Part shown: piece after piece, positions 1 to 9,263 of the stretch
Position numbering within the stretch: the first letter of the stretch is position 1
How the letters are laid out: each line of letters starts with the position of its first letter
Assembly (NCBI GenBank): GCA_010672345.1
Contig: JAAHGY010000008.1
Location: 1 to 37,808, forward strand
Length of the DNA stretch: 37,808 nt
From: Cyanothece sp. SIO2G6
GTDB lineage: Bacteria; Cyanobacteriota; Cyanobacteriia; CAKZMO01
Direction: 5' to 3'
Made by a program: the position numbers and the translations under genes
The notes under the pieces: model-generated
What the model saw: only the letters and a program-made list of their open reading frames with translations
What the model was told of the DNA's origin: nothing
The model's database searches: none

Positions 1-8
1 AACATAAC

Positions 9-39
9 GGTCGTGTGGGCGCTTCGCGCCTACACGACC
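9..39. repeat. imperfect GC-rich hairpin (GGTCGTGT-g-GGCGC ttc GCGCC-t-ACACGACC)
   Basis: inverted repeat read directly; 3-nt TTC loop like the hairpin at 13584-13618. Confidence 0.5.
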
Positions 40-108
40 CACCTAAAGTTGATATCTTGATTCTAAGCTAATGCTTTAGTCAAAAGATTTGAAAAAATCA
101 GACTAGCC

Positions 109-138
109 AATAAGAAAACCCCTGCTATATAGCAGGGG
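109..138 (-). terminator. candidate intrinsic terminator
   Basis: perfect 20-nt palindrome CCCCTGCTATATAGCAGGGG (119-138), followed on the minus strand by TTTTCTTATT. Confidence 0.4.
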
Positions 139-207
139 CAAGTGCTCTCATTTTCTCAAGGAAGATTGAAACTATTAAAAAATTTATCCTACACCCAGCC
201 TTAAAAG

Positions 208-327
208 CTAAGTTGGGAAGACAATGCTACGACAAAGTTCTCCAATTGGACCTTGCTGCTTTTTGTGGGATGAGAATACTACATGCTGCTGAATGTAGCG
301 ATCGCTTATGTCTGTAGCACTAGCCAT
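208..327 (-). CDS. possible 39-aa small protein (MASATDISDRYIQQHVVFSSHKKQQGPIGELCRSIVFPT)
   Basis: ATG at 327 preceded by GGAGG with a 7-nt spacer; TAG stop at 208-210; candidate terminator about 70 nt downstream; below the ORF-track size cutoff; no homology recognised. Confidence 0.25.
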   Translation of the reverse strand: MASATDISDRYIQQHVVFSSHKKQQGPIGELCRSIVFPT

Positions 328-704
328 GATATTGCCTCCAAAAAGATGCGTAGTTTATGTTAGAGGCGCGTTCCTTCGGGAAATTCCTACTTCCGTCTTT
401 TCTGTTAGAAAAGATGAACGATTTGTTTCTGTTATTATTGTTACCCTTTTACCTCAAAAATGCAAGAGAGGATGAAACAGGTTTGTGAGCAGTTGGTGAC
501 ATCAATTGGGCAGCATTGGTCAATTGACCTTGATATTACTTTATGGCGACAGGGCAAGTGGAACGCTGCCAGTAGTAAACCTGTTTCATCTGCCGCTTGT
601 TCATGAACATTGCCATAGCACTCTGCAAAAGTCTCCTGGAGATAGGGCACCAGGCTGGGGGAAACCTTCGGATCATCGTTGATGCGTCCCGAATGCGGCC
701 TTTG

Positions 705-1271
705 CTATTTCATCTTGAGCCACCCAAAGATTTGTGCCACCGTCAACTCAAGCGGTAGCATCCCAACCATGGGTACTTTCTCATCACCACTTACTAGCTC
801 TGGCGGTTGTTGCGGTTGCAAAATCATCACCGATCGATCATCTGGATCGAGGAGCCAGCCCATCTGACAGCCATGCTTGAGGCAGTGCAAAATATTCCCT
901 GTCACTCGGTTAGCACTTTGGTCAGGGGAAAGAATTTCAATCACCCAATCTGGAGGAATCCTAACATCATCCAACGGTTCTCCATTTGCATCAAATGCAA
1001 TATTTTGCCACAGGAAAACAGAGATATCGGGAATGATTGAGCGCCCTCCAAATGTGCAACGGAGTTCTGGAAACGCATAGGCAAGCTGATCGGTTTCCGT
1101 TACTCCATTAATCGTCTCGGTTAGCTTGCTTTGCAACCTAGAATGACGAGTTTTGGGCATGGGTTTCTGGATGATTTGACCATTGATGTATTCACTTGCA
1201 GGTTTAGTTTCAGGTAGGGCCAAAAATGCCTCTAAGGTTAACGGTCCTGTATTGGCGACGACCATAGGCAC
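705..1271 (-). CDS. Uma2 family (DUF820) endonuclease
   Basis: 188 aa with typical Uma2 layout: LALPETKPASEYINGQI ... FPELRCTFGGRSIIPDISVF ... PDWVIEILSPDQ. Confidence 0.85.
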   Translation of the reverse strand: MPMVVANTGPLTLEAFLALPETKPASEYINGQIIQKPMPKTRHSRLQSKLTETINGVTETDQLAYAFPELRCTFGGRSIIPDISVFLWQNIAFDANGEPLDDVRIPPDWVIEILSPDQSANRVTGNILHCLKHGCQMGWLLDPDDRSVMILQPQQPPELVSGDEKVPMVGMLPLELTVAQIFGWLKMK

Positions 1272-1487
1272 TCATTGCAATGAACAGCTCACTGATTATA
1301 TCTTGCTAGCGGAGCGGCGATCGCCCACCATCTGAGCATGAGAATTCACTGGCTTAGGTTAAGTTTTAGCTGTGATCTTTGCGCCGCTGGCTGTTTTGTT
1401 TTGTTGTGCATTCTGTAAGATAACGGCTCCTTAGGATAGGATATTCAGGTTGCTCGCCTCCCACTGTTGTATTTCTTGCGAATTGTT

Positions 1488-1961
1488 ATGCAATTTTCCG
1501 GCACACTAGATTTGCCTATTATTGGTTGGCGGGAATGGCTCATGCTTCCCGATTTAGAGATTGCTCAAATCAAAGCCAAAATCGACACAGGTGCCCGTTC
1601 CTCTGCCCTCCATGTTTCTAATATTGAGTATTTTCAACGTGGAGAAGTGGATTGGGTCCGGTTTACGGCTCACCCACGCCAAGAAGATCTCACCCATACT
1701 GTGATAGCGGAGGCGAACTTGTTAGAGATCCGCAGTGTGAAAAATTCTGGAGGACAAGAAGAGTCCCGCCCTGTGATTCAGACTACGGTGGCCTTGGGCC
1801 ACCAGCGTTGGGAAATTGAAATGACTCTTACCAGTCGTGATCAGATGGGGTTCCGGATGCTTTTGGGGCGAGAGGCTGTTCGCGATCGCTTCCTTGTTCA
1901 CGCTGGTCAATCCTATCTCCAATCCACCAAGCCCACTTCACCCCCAGTTCCTATCAATTAG
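1488..1961 (+). CDS. RimK-associated retropepsin-like protease (annotated family 'ATP-dependent zinc protease', COG4067)
   Basis: DTGA aspartic-protease signature ([12 protein letters not shown]); sits directly upstream of rimK as in the conserved operon; ATG at 1488 preferred over TTG at 1467. Confidence 0.8.
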   Translation: MQFSGTLDLPIIGWREWLMLPDLEIAQIKAKIDTGARSSALHVSNIEYFQRGEVDWVRFTAHPRQEDLTHTVIAEANLLEIRSVKNSGGQEESRPVIQTTVALGHQRWEIEMTLTSRDQMGFRMLLGREAVRDRFLVHAGQSYLQSTKPTSPPVPIN

Positions 1962-1980
1962 TCGTGAGAATGTTAAACCC

Positions 1981-2886
1981 ATGAAAATTGCGATTTTATC
2001 TAGAGATGCTTCCCTCTACTCCACCCGCCGACTACAAGAGGCAGGCACCGAACGGGGACACACAGTCCAGGTGATTGATTACCTCCGCTGTTACATGAAT
2101 ATCACCTCCCATCGACCCCAGGTGATTTACCAGGGAAAGTCAATGGATGACTTTGATGCAGTGATTCCTCGCATTGGCGCATCCTACACTTTCTACGGCA
2201 CAGCAGTCGTGCGGCAGTTTGAAATGATGGAAGTGTTCTCGGCCAACTCTTCCCAAGCCATTTCTCGTTCTAGAGACAAATTGCGCTGCCTCCAACTGTT
2301 ATCCAGAAAAGGGATTGGCTTACCTGTGACTGGCTTTGCCCATTCCACTAAAGATATTGAAGGCTTGGTGGGGATCGTTGGCGGGGCACCGTTGGTGATC
2401 AAGTTACTGGAGGGAACCCAAGGAATTGGGGTGGTGTTGGCTGAAACCCACCAGGCGGCAACCTCGGTGATTGAGGCGTTTCGAGGATTGGATGCCAATA
2501 TTTTGGTGCAAGAATTTATCGCAGAGGCCAAGGGAGCCGATCTACGCTGCTTCGTGATTGGCGACAAGGTGATTGCAGCCATGAAGCGTCAGGGTGCCCC
2601 TGGGGAATTTCGCTCCAATCTGCACCGGGGTGGCAAGGCTGAAAAAATTAAGCTCACCCCTGAGGAACGCAGTACAGCAATTCGTTCAGCCAAGGCAATG
2701 GGGTTGCGGGTTGCGGGTGTTGACTTGCTGCGTTCCAACCACGGTCCGGTGGTGATGGAGGTGAACTCGTCCCCCGGTATTGAGGGCATCGAAGCCGCCA
2801 CTGAGATAGATGTTGCGGGAAAAATTATTGAATACCTGGAAAAAAATGCGGAGTCCGGCTCCAACCTGGATCGGATTGAACCGTGA
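1981..2886 (+). CDS. rimK: RimK family alpha-L-glutamate ligase (ATP-grasp)
   Basis: N-terminus [30 protein letters not shown] closely parallels E. coli RimK; ATP-grasp body; the part of the ORF-track frame upstream of 1981 overlaps the previous gene. Confidence 0.9.
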   Translation: MKIAILSRDASLYSTRRLQEAGTERGHTVQVIDYLRCYMNITSHRPQVIYQGKSMDDFDAVIPRIGASYTFYGTAVVRQFEMMEVFSANSSQAISRSRDKLRCLQLLSRKGIGLPVTGFAHSTKDIEGLVGIVGGAPLVIKLLEGTQGIGVVLAETHQAATSVIEAFRGLDANILVQEFIAEAKGADLRCFVIGDKVIAAMKRQGAPGEFRSNLHRGGKAEKIKLTPEERSTAIRSAKAMGLRVAGVDLLRSNHGPVVMEVNSSPGIEGIEAATEIDVAGKIIEYLEKNAESGSNLDRIEP

Positions 2887-2897
2887 GGTGAGGGCAG

Positions 2898-3923
2898 ATG
2901 AATGTCGTCCCCGATAGCTTTGAAATTAACGGTGTGCAAATTCAACCAGGGGAGCGATCGCGCCTAGAGATCCCCATTGCCCGTCTGCCCACTGATACTA
3001 TGCTCTCTCTTCCGGTTACGGTCGTCAATGGAGTTCGCCCTGGTCCTCGCCTGTGGTTGAGTGCTGCGATTCACGGTGATGAAATCAATGGAGTTGAAAT
3101 TATTCGTCAGGTGCTAGAACGGATTGATGCAGCCCAACTAGCAGGTACGGTGGTGGCTATACCCATCGTCAATGTTTTTGGCTTTATTGAACAGTCCCGC
3201 TATTTACCCGATCGTCGTGACCTCAACCGCTCGTTTCCTGGATCTGCCCGGGGTTCACTCGCCGCTCGACTGGCGCATCTATTCATGAACGAAGTAGTTA
3301 ACCACTGTACCCATGGCATTGATCTGCATACTGCTTCCCATCACCGCACCAACTGGCCCCAAATTCGAGCCAATCTCAATGACCCAGAAACCTACCGCTG
3401 CGCTCAAGCCTTTGGCACACCAGCGATTATCCATGCTGAAATGCGGGATGGTTCTCTCCGTCAGGCTGCGGCCCGACGTGGCATCCCCATTTTGCTCTAT
3501 GAAGCAGGAGAGGCGCTTCGTTTTGATGCTGAAGCCATTCAAATGGGGGTAGAGGGGGTGTTGCGAGTGATGGCGTTATTGGCGATGAGCGCTGACTTAA
3601 TCCCTGCGCCCACCGCTCCTCCCCTGCGGATATCTGAAACTAAATGGGTCCGGACTCCCCGTAGTGGAATCCTCCACACCCGCGTTAGCTTAGGCCAGTT
3701 CGTGAACCATAAACAGATTCTGGGTACTGTCACCGATGCGTTTGGGGGGAAATCCACTAAGGTGATAGCTCCTGTGGCTGGAATCGTTATCGGCATGACC
3801 CTCAATCCCTTGGTTAACCAAGGCGATGGCATTTTTCATGTCACGGTTCAGACGGCTGGGAATGGGGCTGATGGCGATAACAAGGGCGGAGAGAGCAATG
3901 GGGCGATCGCGCCACCCCTTTAG
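2898..3923 (+). CDS. succinylglutamate desuccinylase/aspartoacylase (AstE/AspA, M14-like) family protein
   Basis: zinc-site motifs IHGDEINGVE and GIDLHTAS; third gene of the rimK operon, 11 nt after the rimK stop. Confidence 0.8.
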   Translation: MNVVPDSFEINGVQIQPGERSRLEIPIARLPTDTMLSLPVTVVNGVRPGPRLWLSAAIHGDEINGVEIIRQVLERIDAAQLAGTVVAIPIVNVFGFIEQSRYLPDRRDLNRSFPGSARGSLAARLAHLFMNEVVNHCTHGIDLHTASHHRTNWPQIRANLNDPETYRCAQAFGTPAIIHAEMRDGSLRQAAARRGIPILLYEAGEALRFDAEAIQMGVEGVLRVMALLAMSADLIPAPTAPPLRISETKWVRTPRSGILHTRVSLGQFVNHKQILGTVTDAFGGKSTKVIAPVAGIVIGMTLNPLVNQGDGIFHVTVQTAGNGADGDNKGGESNGAIAPPL

Positions 3924-3941
3924 CTCAAACCATCGGCTCCG

Positions 3942-4100
3942 TTAGCCTGCCAAATATCCCCCCAGTTGATGGCGGTACTGCCGTAAACGACGTAGCGCTT
4001 CCTGCTGAATCTGGCGAATCCGCTCCCGGCCACCCCCATGGGATGCCCAACATTTGCCTCTGAGGGCATGGTTCTACTCCCCTCTCAACAGCGCTAAAAT
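3942..4100 (-). pseudogene. remnant of a sigma-70 family gene (region 4 only)
   Basis: stop-to-stop frame 3945-4073 reads ..GRERIRQIQQEALRRLRQYRHQLGGYLAG*, the region 4.2 recognition helix plus a cyanobacterial-type C-terminus; no start codon; an upstream ..SAVERGV.. piece lies in another frame; the rest of the gene is absent. Confidence 0.4.
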
Positions 4101-4135
4101 AAGGGAAGTAGTAGTGCTGTAATGAGGGCAAAACG

Positions 4136-4627
4136 ATGTCAACTTTTGAACCGCTTTCGCCCCCTCAAACATCAACCGCCAGCCTTTACGATCATGACTT
4201 TTACACCTGGGTTCAAAAGCAATCCGATGCTCTCCAAAATCATCGGTGGCAAGACCTAGATTTACCCAATTTAGTGGAGGAGCTTGAGTCCTTGGGCAAA
4301 CAGCAGCGGCGCGAGTTGAGCAATCGATTAAGTGTTTTGCTGGCTCACTTACTGAACTGGGAGTATCAGTCTCAACACCACAGTCGTAGTGGGTTAGCCA
4401 CGATTCGGATTCAGCGACTTGATATTGCTGACTTACTGGAAGAGAGTCCCAGTCTGAAAACTCATTTGGAGGAAGCCATGATCAAGGCTTATCCTAAAGC
4501 GGTTCAATTAGCCATCAAAGAGACAGAATTGCCGGAACGCACCTTTCCTGTTGATTGTCCCTATGGGTTGACTACAGTGCTAAATTCGGATTTTTATCCA
4601 GGTATTCCCAGTGATTTAGTTGAGTAA
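4136..4627 (+). CDS. DUF29 domain protein
   Basis: YDHDFYTWVQKQSDALQNHRWQDLDLPNLVEELESLGKQQRRELSNRLSVLLAHLLNWEYQ is the DUF29 signature. Confidence 0.85.
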   Translation: MSTFEPLSPPQTSTASLYDHDFYTWVQKQSDALQNHRWQDLDLPNLVEELESLGKQQRRELSNRLSVLLAHLLNWEYQSQHHSRSGLATIRIQRLDIADLLEESPSLKTHLEEAMIKAYPKAVQLAIKETELPERTFPVDCPYGLTTVLNSDFYPGIPSDLVE

Positions 4628-4660
4628 GGAATGGCGATACTCCCCAAGGGGTGGCATTGC

Positions 4661-4698
4661 GCGATCGCCCTACTTTCAAGATTTTGAGGGCGATCGCC
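4661..4698. repeat. HIP1-based hairpin (GCGATCGCCCT..15 nt..AGGGCGATCGC)
   Basis: inverted repeat read directly; core GCCCTACTTTCAAGATTTTGAGGGCGAT recurs at 4761-4788. Confidence 0.6.
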
Positions 4699-4760
4699 CT
4701 CCACCACTGCCACAAGAAATATTGCTCCCTCCCAATTTCTGCTACAGCCTGATGTGAATA

Positions 4761-4788
4761 GCCCTACTTTCATAGTTTTGAGGGCGAT
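4761..4788. repeat. second copy of the GCCCTACTTTCA.(A/G)(A/T)TTTTGAGGGCGAT hairpin core
   Basis: direct repeat of 4668-4695 with 2-3 mismatches. Confidence 0.55.
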
Positions 4789-4912
4789 TACTCCTGTCTT
4801 CCTGCAACACTACGAATGGCAGGAGCTTACTTACAACGAGGATAATTCTTGACAGATACTTGGCTAATCATGTACCTTGATGGGCTATTACTAAAAAATT
4901 GGAAAACTTTAT

Positions 4913-5536
4913 ATGAACAGTAGTTACCAACCGGAACCAGCAGAAAGATACGGATTACCCAAAGAGTTTGATAATTTTTGGGTGCACCCTGACTACAGAA
5001 CCAATCCCTTGTCAAGGGTAAAGAAGTCTCGTCCCGAAGATTATGATCTGGTGATAGAAACGACTAACATTTTCACCAGTTTAGTTCCTGGGCATAGTGA
5101 GTTTTTTGGCTATGACAAAATTGCTTACCCAGACAGGTACATTAGAAAAATGTTCGAGAACTTTTTAACGGAAAGAACAGATTTTTCGTGGGAAGATTTC
5201 TTGTCAATATCACCACTTGAACAGCAGCTATTGCTCAAAAGAGTTTTTGTAAGGATATTTTTAGGGGTCTACAACCCTGCAAGAACTGAGGCTAATTTCA
5301 CCGAAGTCTGGAATACTAAGGGTTCGGATGTCTTTCCCTGGTCTCACTTACTTATTAGAAAAACTCGCAAGAAGATTGCAAAGAATCGGCAGTCAAACAG
5401 TGAAGTTTGGTATCCTCAATCCACGATGGAGGCTCATTATGGCTACGATTTTCCAGAATGGGCTGAAGATCCAGTTGACAAAGCAGCGAGAATTTTTGAT
5501 ATCCCTGATCCTAATCTTCTAGAGGACTTTTTCTAA
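4913..5536 (+). CDS. hypothetical protein (orphan, aromatic-rich)
   Basis: 207-aa ORF in a visibly AT-richer, HIP1-free stretch; no motif recognised. Confidence 0.5.
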   Translation: MNSSYQPEPAERYGLPKEFDNFWVHPDYRTNPLSRVKKSRPEDYDLVIETTNIFTSLVPGHSEFFGYDKIAYPDRYIRKMFENFLTERTDFSWEDFLSISPLEQQLLLKRVFVRIFLGVYNPARTEANFTEVWNTKGSDVFPWSHLLIRKTRKKIAKNRQSNSEVWYPQSTMEAHYGYDFPEWAEDPVDKAARIFDIPDPNLLEDFF

Positions 5537-5557
5537 GTAGTAGGCAGTAGTTCCGAG

Positions 5558-5703
5558 TCTAGAAGGGTCTCCTGACTTTCTGGTGGAAAAGGTTCATGAA
5601 GATACAAAACTCTATGAGCTGTATCTCAGTAATCCCCTTGAATAAAGGGTTTCAGTTCTGATAAGTCAGGCTTATAATCACAAACCCAGGAGACCCGTCT
5701 AGA
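5558..5703. mobile_element. candidate MITE-like element bounded by 17-bp inverted repeats
   Basis: TCTAGAAGGGTCTCCTG (5558-5574) versus CAGGAGACCCGTCTAGA (5687-5703), 1 mismatch; inner pair CCTGACTT (5571-5578) and AAGTCAGG (5663-5670). Confidence 0.35.
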
Positions 5704-5986
5704 AGCATGTTCTGTAATCAGTTGATTACCAATCGGAAACCTTACGACTTAAAATAAAACCCCAGTTCCCACTTCTGTTTGTCCGCAAATGGGGCGTGAG
5801 TCGTGGTTTCCGGTGGCTGCTAATCAATACTCACTGTTGCTACGAAATAAGTGGAATAACCTCCAAATCTAGGGGACTGGTGAGAGATAGTGAGAACAGG
5901 CATGGGAAACTCCATATAATGATCAACTATTCCCATGAGTCAAGCTGTTTCTACTGTGAAAATATTTGTATTGATTGGCGATCGCC

Positions 5987-6289
5987 CTACCCCATCTCAA
6001 CAATCCCATCATCAACAAACCCAAACTTTTGATACAACTCTTCAATAGACTGGGGCTTAATAGCTCCTGCTTGTGAGCGTGCCAAAGCTGTTTTTAACCG
6101 GGTTGCATTAGTGGGCGATCGCAACAAATACAATGTCTCTAATAAGCTCGATAATTCCGCTTCGGATACTAACGCTACATTTTTCCCATCAGGACGGGAA
6201 ATAATTACCGCCTCTCCAGTTTCAATAACCTGATCGCACAATTGGTCAAGACTACTGTGGGCTTCACGATAGGAGATGGGGGTTGTCAT
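5987..6289 (-). CDS. yefM: Phd/YefM family antitoxin
   Basis: MTTPISYREAHSSLDQLCDQV..EAVIISRPDGKNVALVSEAELSSLLETLYLLRSPTNATRL matches the YefM/Phd pattern; GAGG lies 9 nt upstream of the ATG. Confidence 0.85.
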   Translation of the reverse strand: MTTPISYREAHSSLDQLCDQVIETGEAVIISRPDGKNVALVSEAELSSLLETLYLLRSPTNATRLKTALARSQAGAIKPQSIEELYQKFGFVDDGIVEMG

Positions 6290-6599
6290 TACTTTTACCT
6301 CTTACTTTGCCTATTCGTAGTGATAGCTGTGCTTGCAGAAAATTAACTTGGCGATCGCCCACCGTGTAAACAATCCGATGCTCTTTATTCAACCGTCGTG
6401 ACCAACATCCAGCCAGATCATATTTCAACAGTTCTGGTTTGCCTGTATCTTCAAACGGACTGCGGAGAATTTCCTTAATCAGTTTGAAGATACGGAGAGC
6501 GATCTTTCGGTCAGTGTTTACCCCATATTCCAAATCTTCAATAAACTCAGGTTGAAATACAGCCTCACGATTTTGTGTTTGGTTATCCTGAGCACCCAT
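6264..6599 (-). CDS. yoeB: YoeB/Txe family toxin, C-terminus apparently frameshifted
   Basis: FEDTGKPELLKYDLAGCWSRRLNKEHRIVYTV is the YoeB core; the expected ..RYHY end is out of frame (see finding); the ORF as drawn runs 26 nt into yefM. Confidence 0.75.
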   Translation of the reverse strand: MGAQDNQTQNREAVFQPEFIEDLEYGVNTDRKIALRIFKLIKEILRSPFEDTGKPELLKYDLAGCWSRRLNKEHRIVYTVGDRQVNFLQAQLSLRIGKVRGKSNDNPHLLS

Positions 6600-6644
6600 A
6601 TCATTTATTCAATTAGTCTAGCTTAGCCTCCACTACTTCCAGAG

Positions 6645-9263
6645 TTACTTAGCCATCACAAAGTTCACCAGTTTACCAGGAACCACAATCACCTTTTTCA
6701 ACTCCTTACCTGCAATAAACCGCTGCGCCACTTCTGATTCGGTCGCTAACTTTTGCAATTCATCCTTAGTCGCTTTCGCAGGGGCTTGAATCGTGCCACG
6801 AGTCTTGCCCATAATTTGGATCACTAGGGTGATTTCATCCACCACCAGCGCTTCTTCCACCACCGTAGGCCACGACTGATAGTGAACGGATTCGGCTTGA
6901 CCAACCGTACTCCACAACTCCTCGGTAATGTGGGGTGCAAAGGGAGCCAGTAGTTTCAACAAAATCTGAATCCCTTCAGCGTACACAGGCGAAGTCTTGC
7001 AGGGCGCATCAGTGAGGGCATTGCTCAACTTCATCATTTCGGAGACTGCTGTATTGAACTGATAGTCACCATCAATGTCTTCAGAAATTTCCTTGACTGC
7101 TGTATAAATGGCGCGGCGCAGGTCTTTTTCCTCTTTGGACAAGTCAGCCTGGACGATGCTGGGCTGCTCTCCCGCACCCACGGTCTCGGCGTATTCGTTG
7201 ACCAAGCGCCAGACGCGACCGAGAAAGCGGAACTGGCCTTCCACATCGGCATCATCCCACTCCAAATCCTTCTCAGGTGGGGCTTTGAACAGGATGAACA
7301 TCCGAGCTGTATCAGCGCCGTACTTGCCCAAGACCTGTTTGGGGTCCACACCGTTGTACTTCGACTTGGACATTTTTTCGTAGAAGACTTCCAATTTGTC
7401 GCCCGTGTTGGGGTCAACTGGGTTCTCTTTGTCCACAACATCGGTAGGAGCCACGTATTTGTTGGTCTTGGGATTTTTGTAGGTGATGCCCTGCACCATG
7501 CCTTGGGTCAGCAAGCGCTTGAAGGGTTCGTCTACGGTGTAGAGGTGGCGATCGCGCAACACTTTAGTAAAGAACCGCGAATACAACAAATGCAGAATCG
7601 CGTGCTCAATTCCGCCCACATACTGATCCACCGCCATCCAGTCGTTGACTTTGGCGGAATCAAACACTTGCTGATCATTCTTGGCATCACAGTAGCGGAG
7701 GAAATACCAGGACGAATCCAAAAACGTATCCATGGTGTCGGTTTCCCGCTTGGCTGGTGTACCACAATTGGGACAGGGCACATTCACCCAGTCCGTCAAC
7801 TTGGATAAAGGTGAGCCACCCCGCCCGGACAACTCCACATCCTCTGGCAAAATCACGGGCAAGTCCGCCTCTGGTACGGGCACCGCCCCACAATTCTCGC
7901 AGTGAATCACCGGAATCGGTACCCCCCAGTAGCGCTGCCGGGAAATCAACCAGTCCCGCAACCGGAAGTTAACCTGAGCTGTCCCCACGCCCTTTTCTTC
8001 CAGTACTTCAATCACTTTTTCTTTCGCTTCAGCCACCGTCAGCCCGTTCAAAGGCCCAGAGTTCTGCAGGATGCCTGTAGCACTGTCGGTGTAAGCAGTT
8101 TCCAAAGGGGCCGCATCACCCGCTTCCGCATCGGCGGGGAAGACGACTTGAACTATGTCCAGCCTAAACGCTGTGGCAAAATCAAAGTCTCGCTGGTCAT
8201 GGGCTGGAACCGCCATGATGGCCCCGGTACCGTAATCCATCAACACATAATCCGCAATCCAAATGGGGATCTTGTGCTGATTCACTGGATTAATTGCATA
8301 ACCACCTGTGAAAACTCCCGTCTTTTCTCGATCATCTGTGGTGCGCTCAATTTCACTCTTGGATGCTGCTTCTTGTTGGTAAGTACTCACTGCATCAGCC
8401 TGGTCTGGGGTGGTAAGCGTCTCCACCAGCGGATGCTCTGGCGACAGCACCATAAACGTCGCGCCCCAGAGGGTATCGGGACGGGTAGTGAAAATTTCGA
8501 TGGGTTCACCATTTTCCGTTGTGAACGTGACCCGCGCCCCAGTGGACTTGCCAATCCAGTTAGCCTGCATGGTTTTGACGCGATCGGGCCAGCCTTCCAG
8601 GGTGTCTAGATCCGCCAGTAGCTGATCGGCATAGTCGGTAATTTTGAAGAACCACTGTTTCAGTAACTTCCGTTCCACCAGAGCACCAGAGCGATCGGCC
8701 CGTCCCTCGGCATCCACCTGCTCATTCGCCAGTACCGTCTGGTCGATGGGGTCCCAGTTCACCGCTGCCTCTTTCTGGTAGGCCAATCCCGCTTCCAAAA
8801 ACTGGAGGAAAATCCACTGGGTCCAACGATAGTAGTCTGGTTTACAGGTGGCGACTTCTCGGTCCCAGTCATAGGACAAACCCAACTCTTTTAACTGCTG
8901 GGTCATCTGGGCAATATTTTGCAGCGTCCACTTGGCAGGATGAATGCCCCGATCGATGGCGGCGTTTTCCGCAGGCAACCCGAAGGCATCCCAGCCCATG
9001 GGGTGTAAGACGCGATAGCCCTGCATCCGCTTCACCCGCGCAATCACATCGGTAATCGTGTAGTTGCGGACGTGGCCCATGTGGAGGTTGCCCGATGGGT
9101 AGGGAAACATAGACAGGGCATAGAATTTGGGCTTGCTGCTATCTTCAGAGGTTTTGTCTAAACCTTGCTCTGCCCAGGTCTGCTGCCACTTTGCCTCGAT
9201 GTCTGCCGCGTTGTATCGGGATGCCACGGGGTTGCTCCTTACTGGTGAATGAGTGGACCCCAC
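6645..9263 (-). CDS. leuS: leucine--tRNA ligase
   Basis: 872 aa with class I signatures HMGH ([11 protein letters not shown]) and KMSKS ([10 protein letters not shown]); the true start is probably GTG at 9227 (AGGAG 7 nt upstream; the product would begin [14 protein letters not shown]). Confidence 0.97.
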   Translation of the reverse strand: MGSTHSPVRSNPVASRYNAADIEAKWQQTWAEQGLDKTSEDSSKPKFYALSMFPYPSGNLHMGHVRNYTITDVIARVKRMQGYRVLHPMGWDAFGLPAENAAIDRGIHPAKWTLQNIAQMTQQLKELGLSYDWDREVATCKPDYYRWTQWIFLQFLEAGLAYQKEAAVNWDPIDQTVLANEQVDAEGRADRSGALVERKLLKQWFFKITDYADQLLADLDTLEGWPDRVKTMQANWIGKSTGARVTFTTENGEPIEIFTTRPDTLWGATFMVLSPEHPLVETLTTPDQADAVSTYQQEAASKSEIERTTDDREKTGVFTGGYAINPVNQHKIPIWIADYVLMDYGTGAIMAVPAHDQRDFDFATAFRLDIVQVVFPADAEAGDAAPLETAYTDSATGILQNSGPLNGLTVAEAKEKVIEVLEEKGVGTAQVNFRLRDWLISRQRYWGVPIPVIHCENCGAVPVPEADLPVILPEDVELSGRGGSPLSKLTDWVNVPCPNCGTPAKRETDTMDTFLDSSWYFLRYCDAKNDQQVFDSAKVNDWMAVDQYVGGIEHAILHLLYSRFFTKVLRDRHLYTVDEPFKRLLTQGMVQGITYKNPKTNKYVAPTDVVDKENPVDPNTGDKLEVFYEKMSKSKYNGVDPKQVLGKYGADTARMFILFKAPPEKDLEWDDADVEGQFRFLGRVWRLVNEYAETVGAGEQPSIVQADLSKEEKDLRRAIYTAVKEISEDIDGDYQFNTAVSEMMKLSNALTDAPCKTSPVYAEGIQILLKLLAPFAPHITEELWSTVGQAESVHYQSWPTVVEEALVVDEITLVIQIMGKTRGTIQAPAKATKDELQKLATESEVAQRFIAGKELKKVIVVPGKLVNFVMAK

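Noticed and set aside
441-650. 69-aa minus-strand ORF downstream of the first Uma2 gene
   Set aside because: It has a GTG start, a frame open far upstream into the Uma2 gene, a Cys-rich odd composition and no motif recognised. The evidence is insufficient.
1837-1980. N-terminal extension of the rimK ORF, and similarly 1467-1487 and 11042-11107 for their genes
   Set aside because: The extensions overlap upstream genes or add non-homologous residues. The internal ATGs give N-termini matching the families.
3925-4131. 68-aa ORF-track entry on the minus strand
   Set aside because: A different frame of the same DNA carries the sigma-70 region 4.2 signature. The 68-aa frame is better explained as part of that decaying remnant.
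5742-5937. Possible decayed DUF4160-like gene (MGIVDHYMEFPMPVLTISHQSPRFGGYSTYFVATVSID*QPPETTTHAPFADKQKWEL..)
   Set aside because: It only loosely resembles the MPxIS..GGY..YF..PPHxH pattern, has an in-frame stop and has lost the PPHxH motif. That is too weak to call.
7034-8625. Several ORFs of 70-235 aa within the leuS coding region (for example 7902-8609 +, and 7034-7441 in an alternative minus-strand frame)
   Set aside because: They are shadow frames of a strongly supported, motif-complete leuS gene. They have no start context or recognisable motifs.
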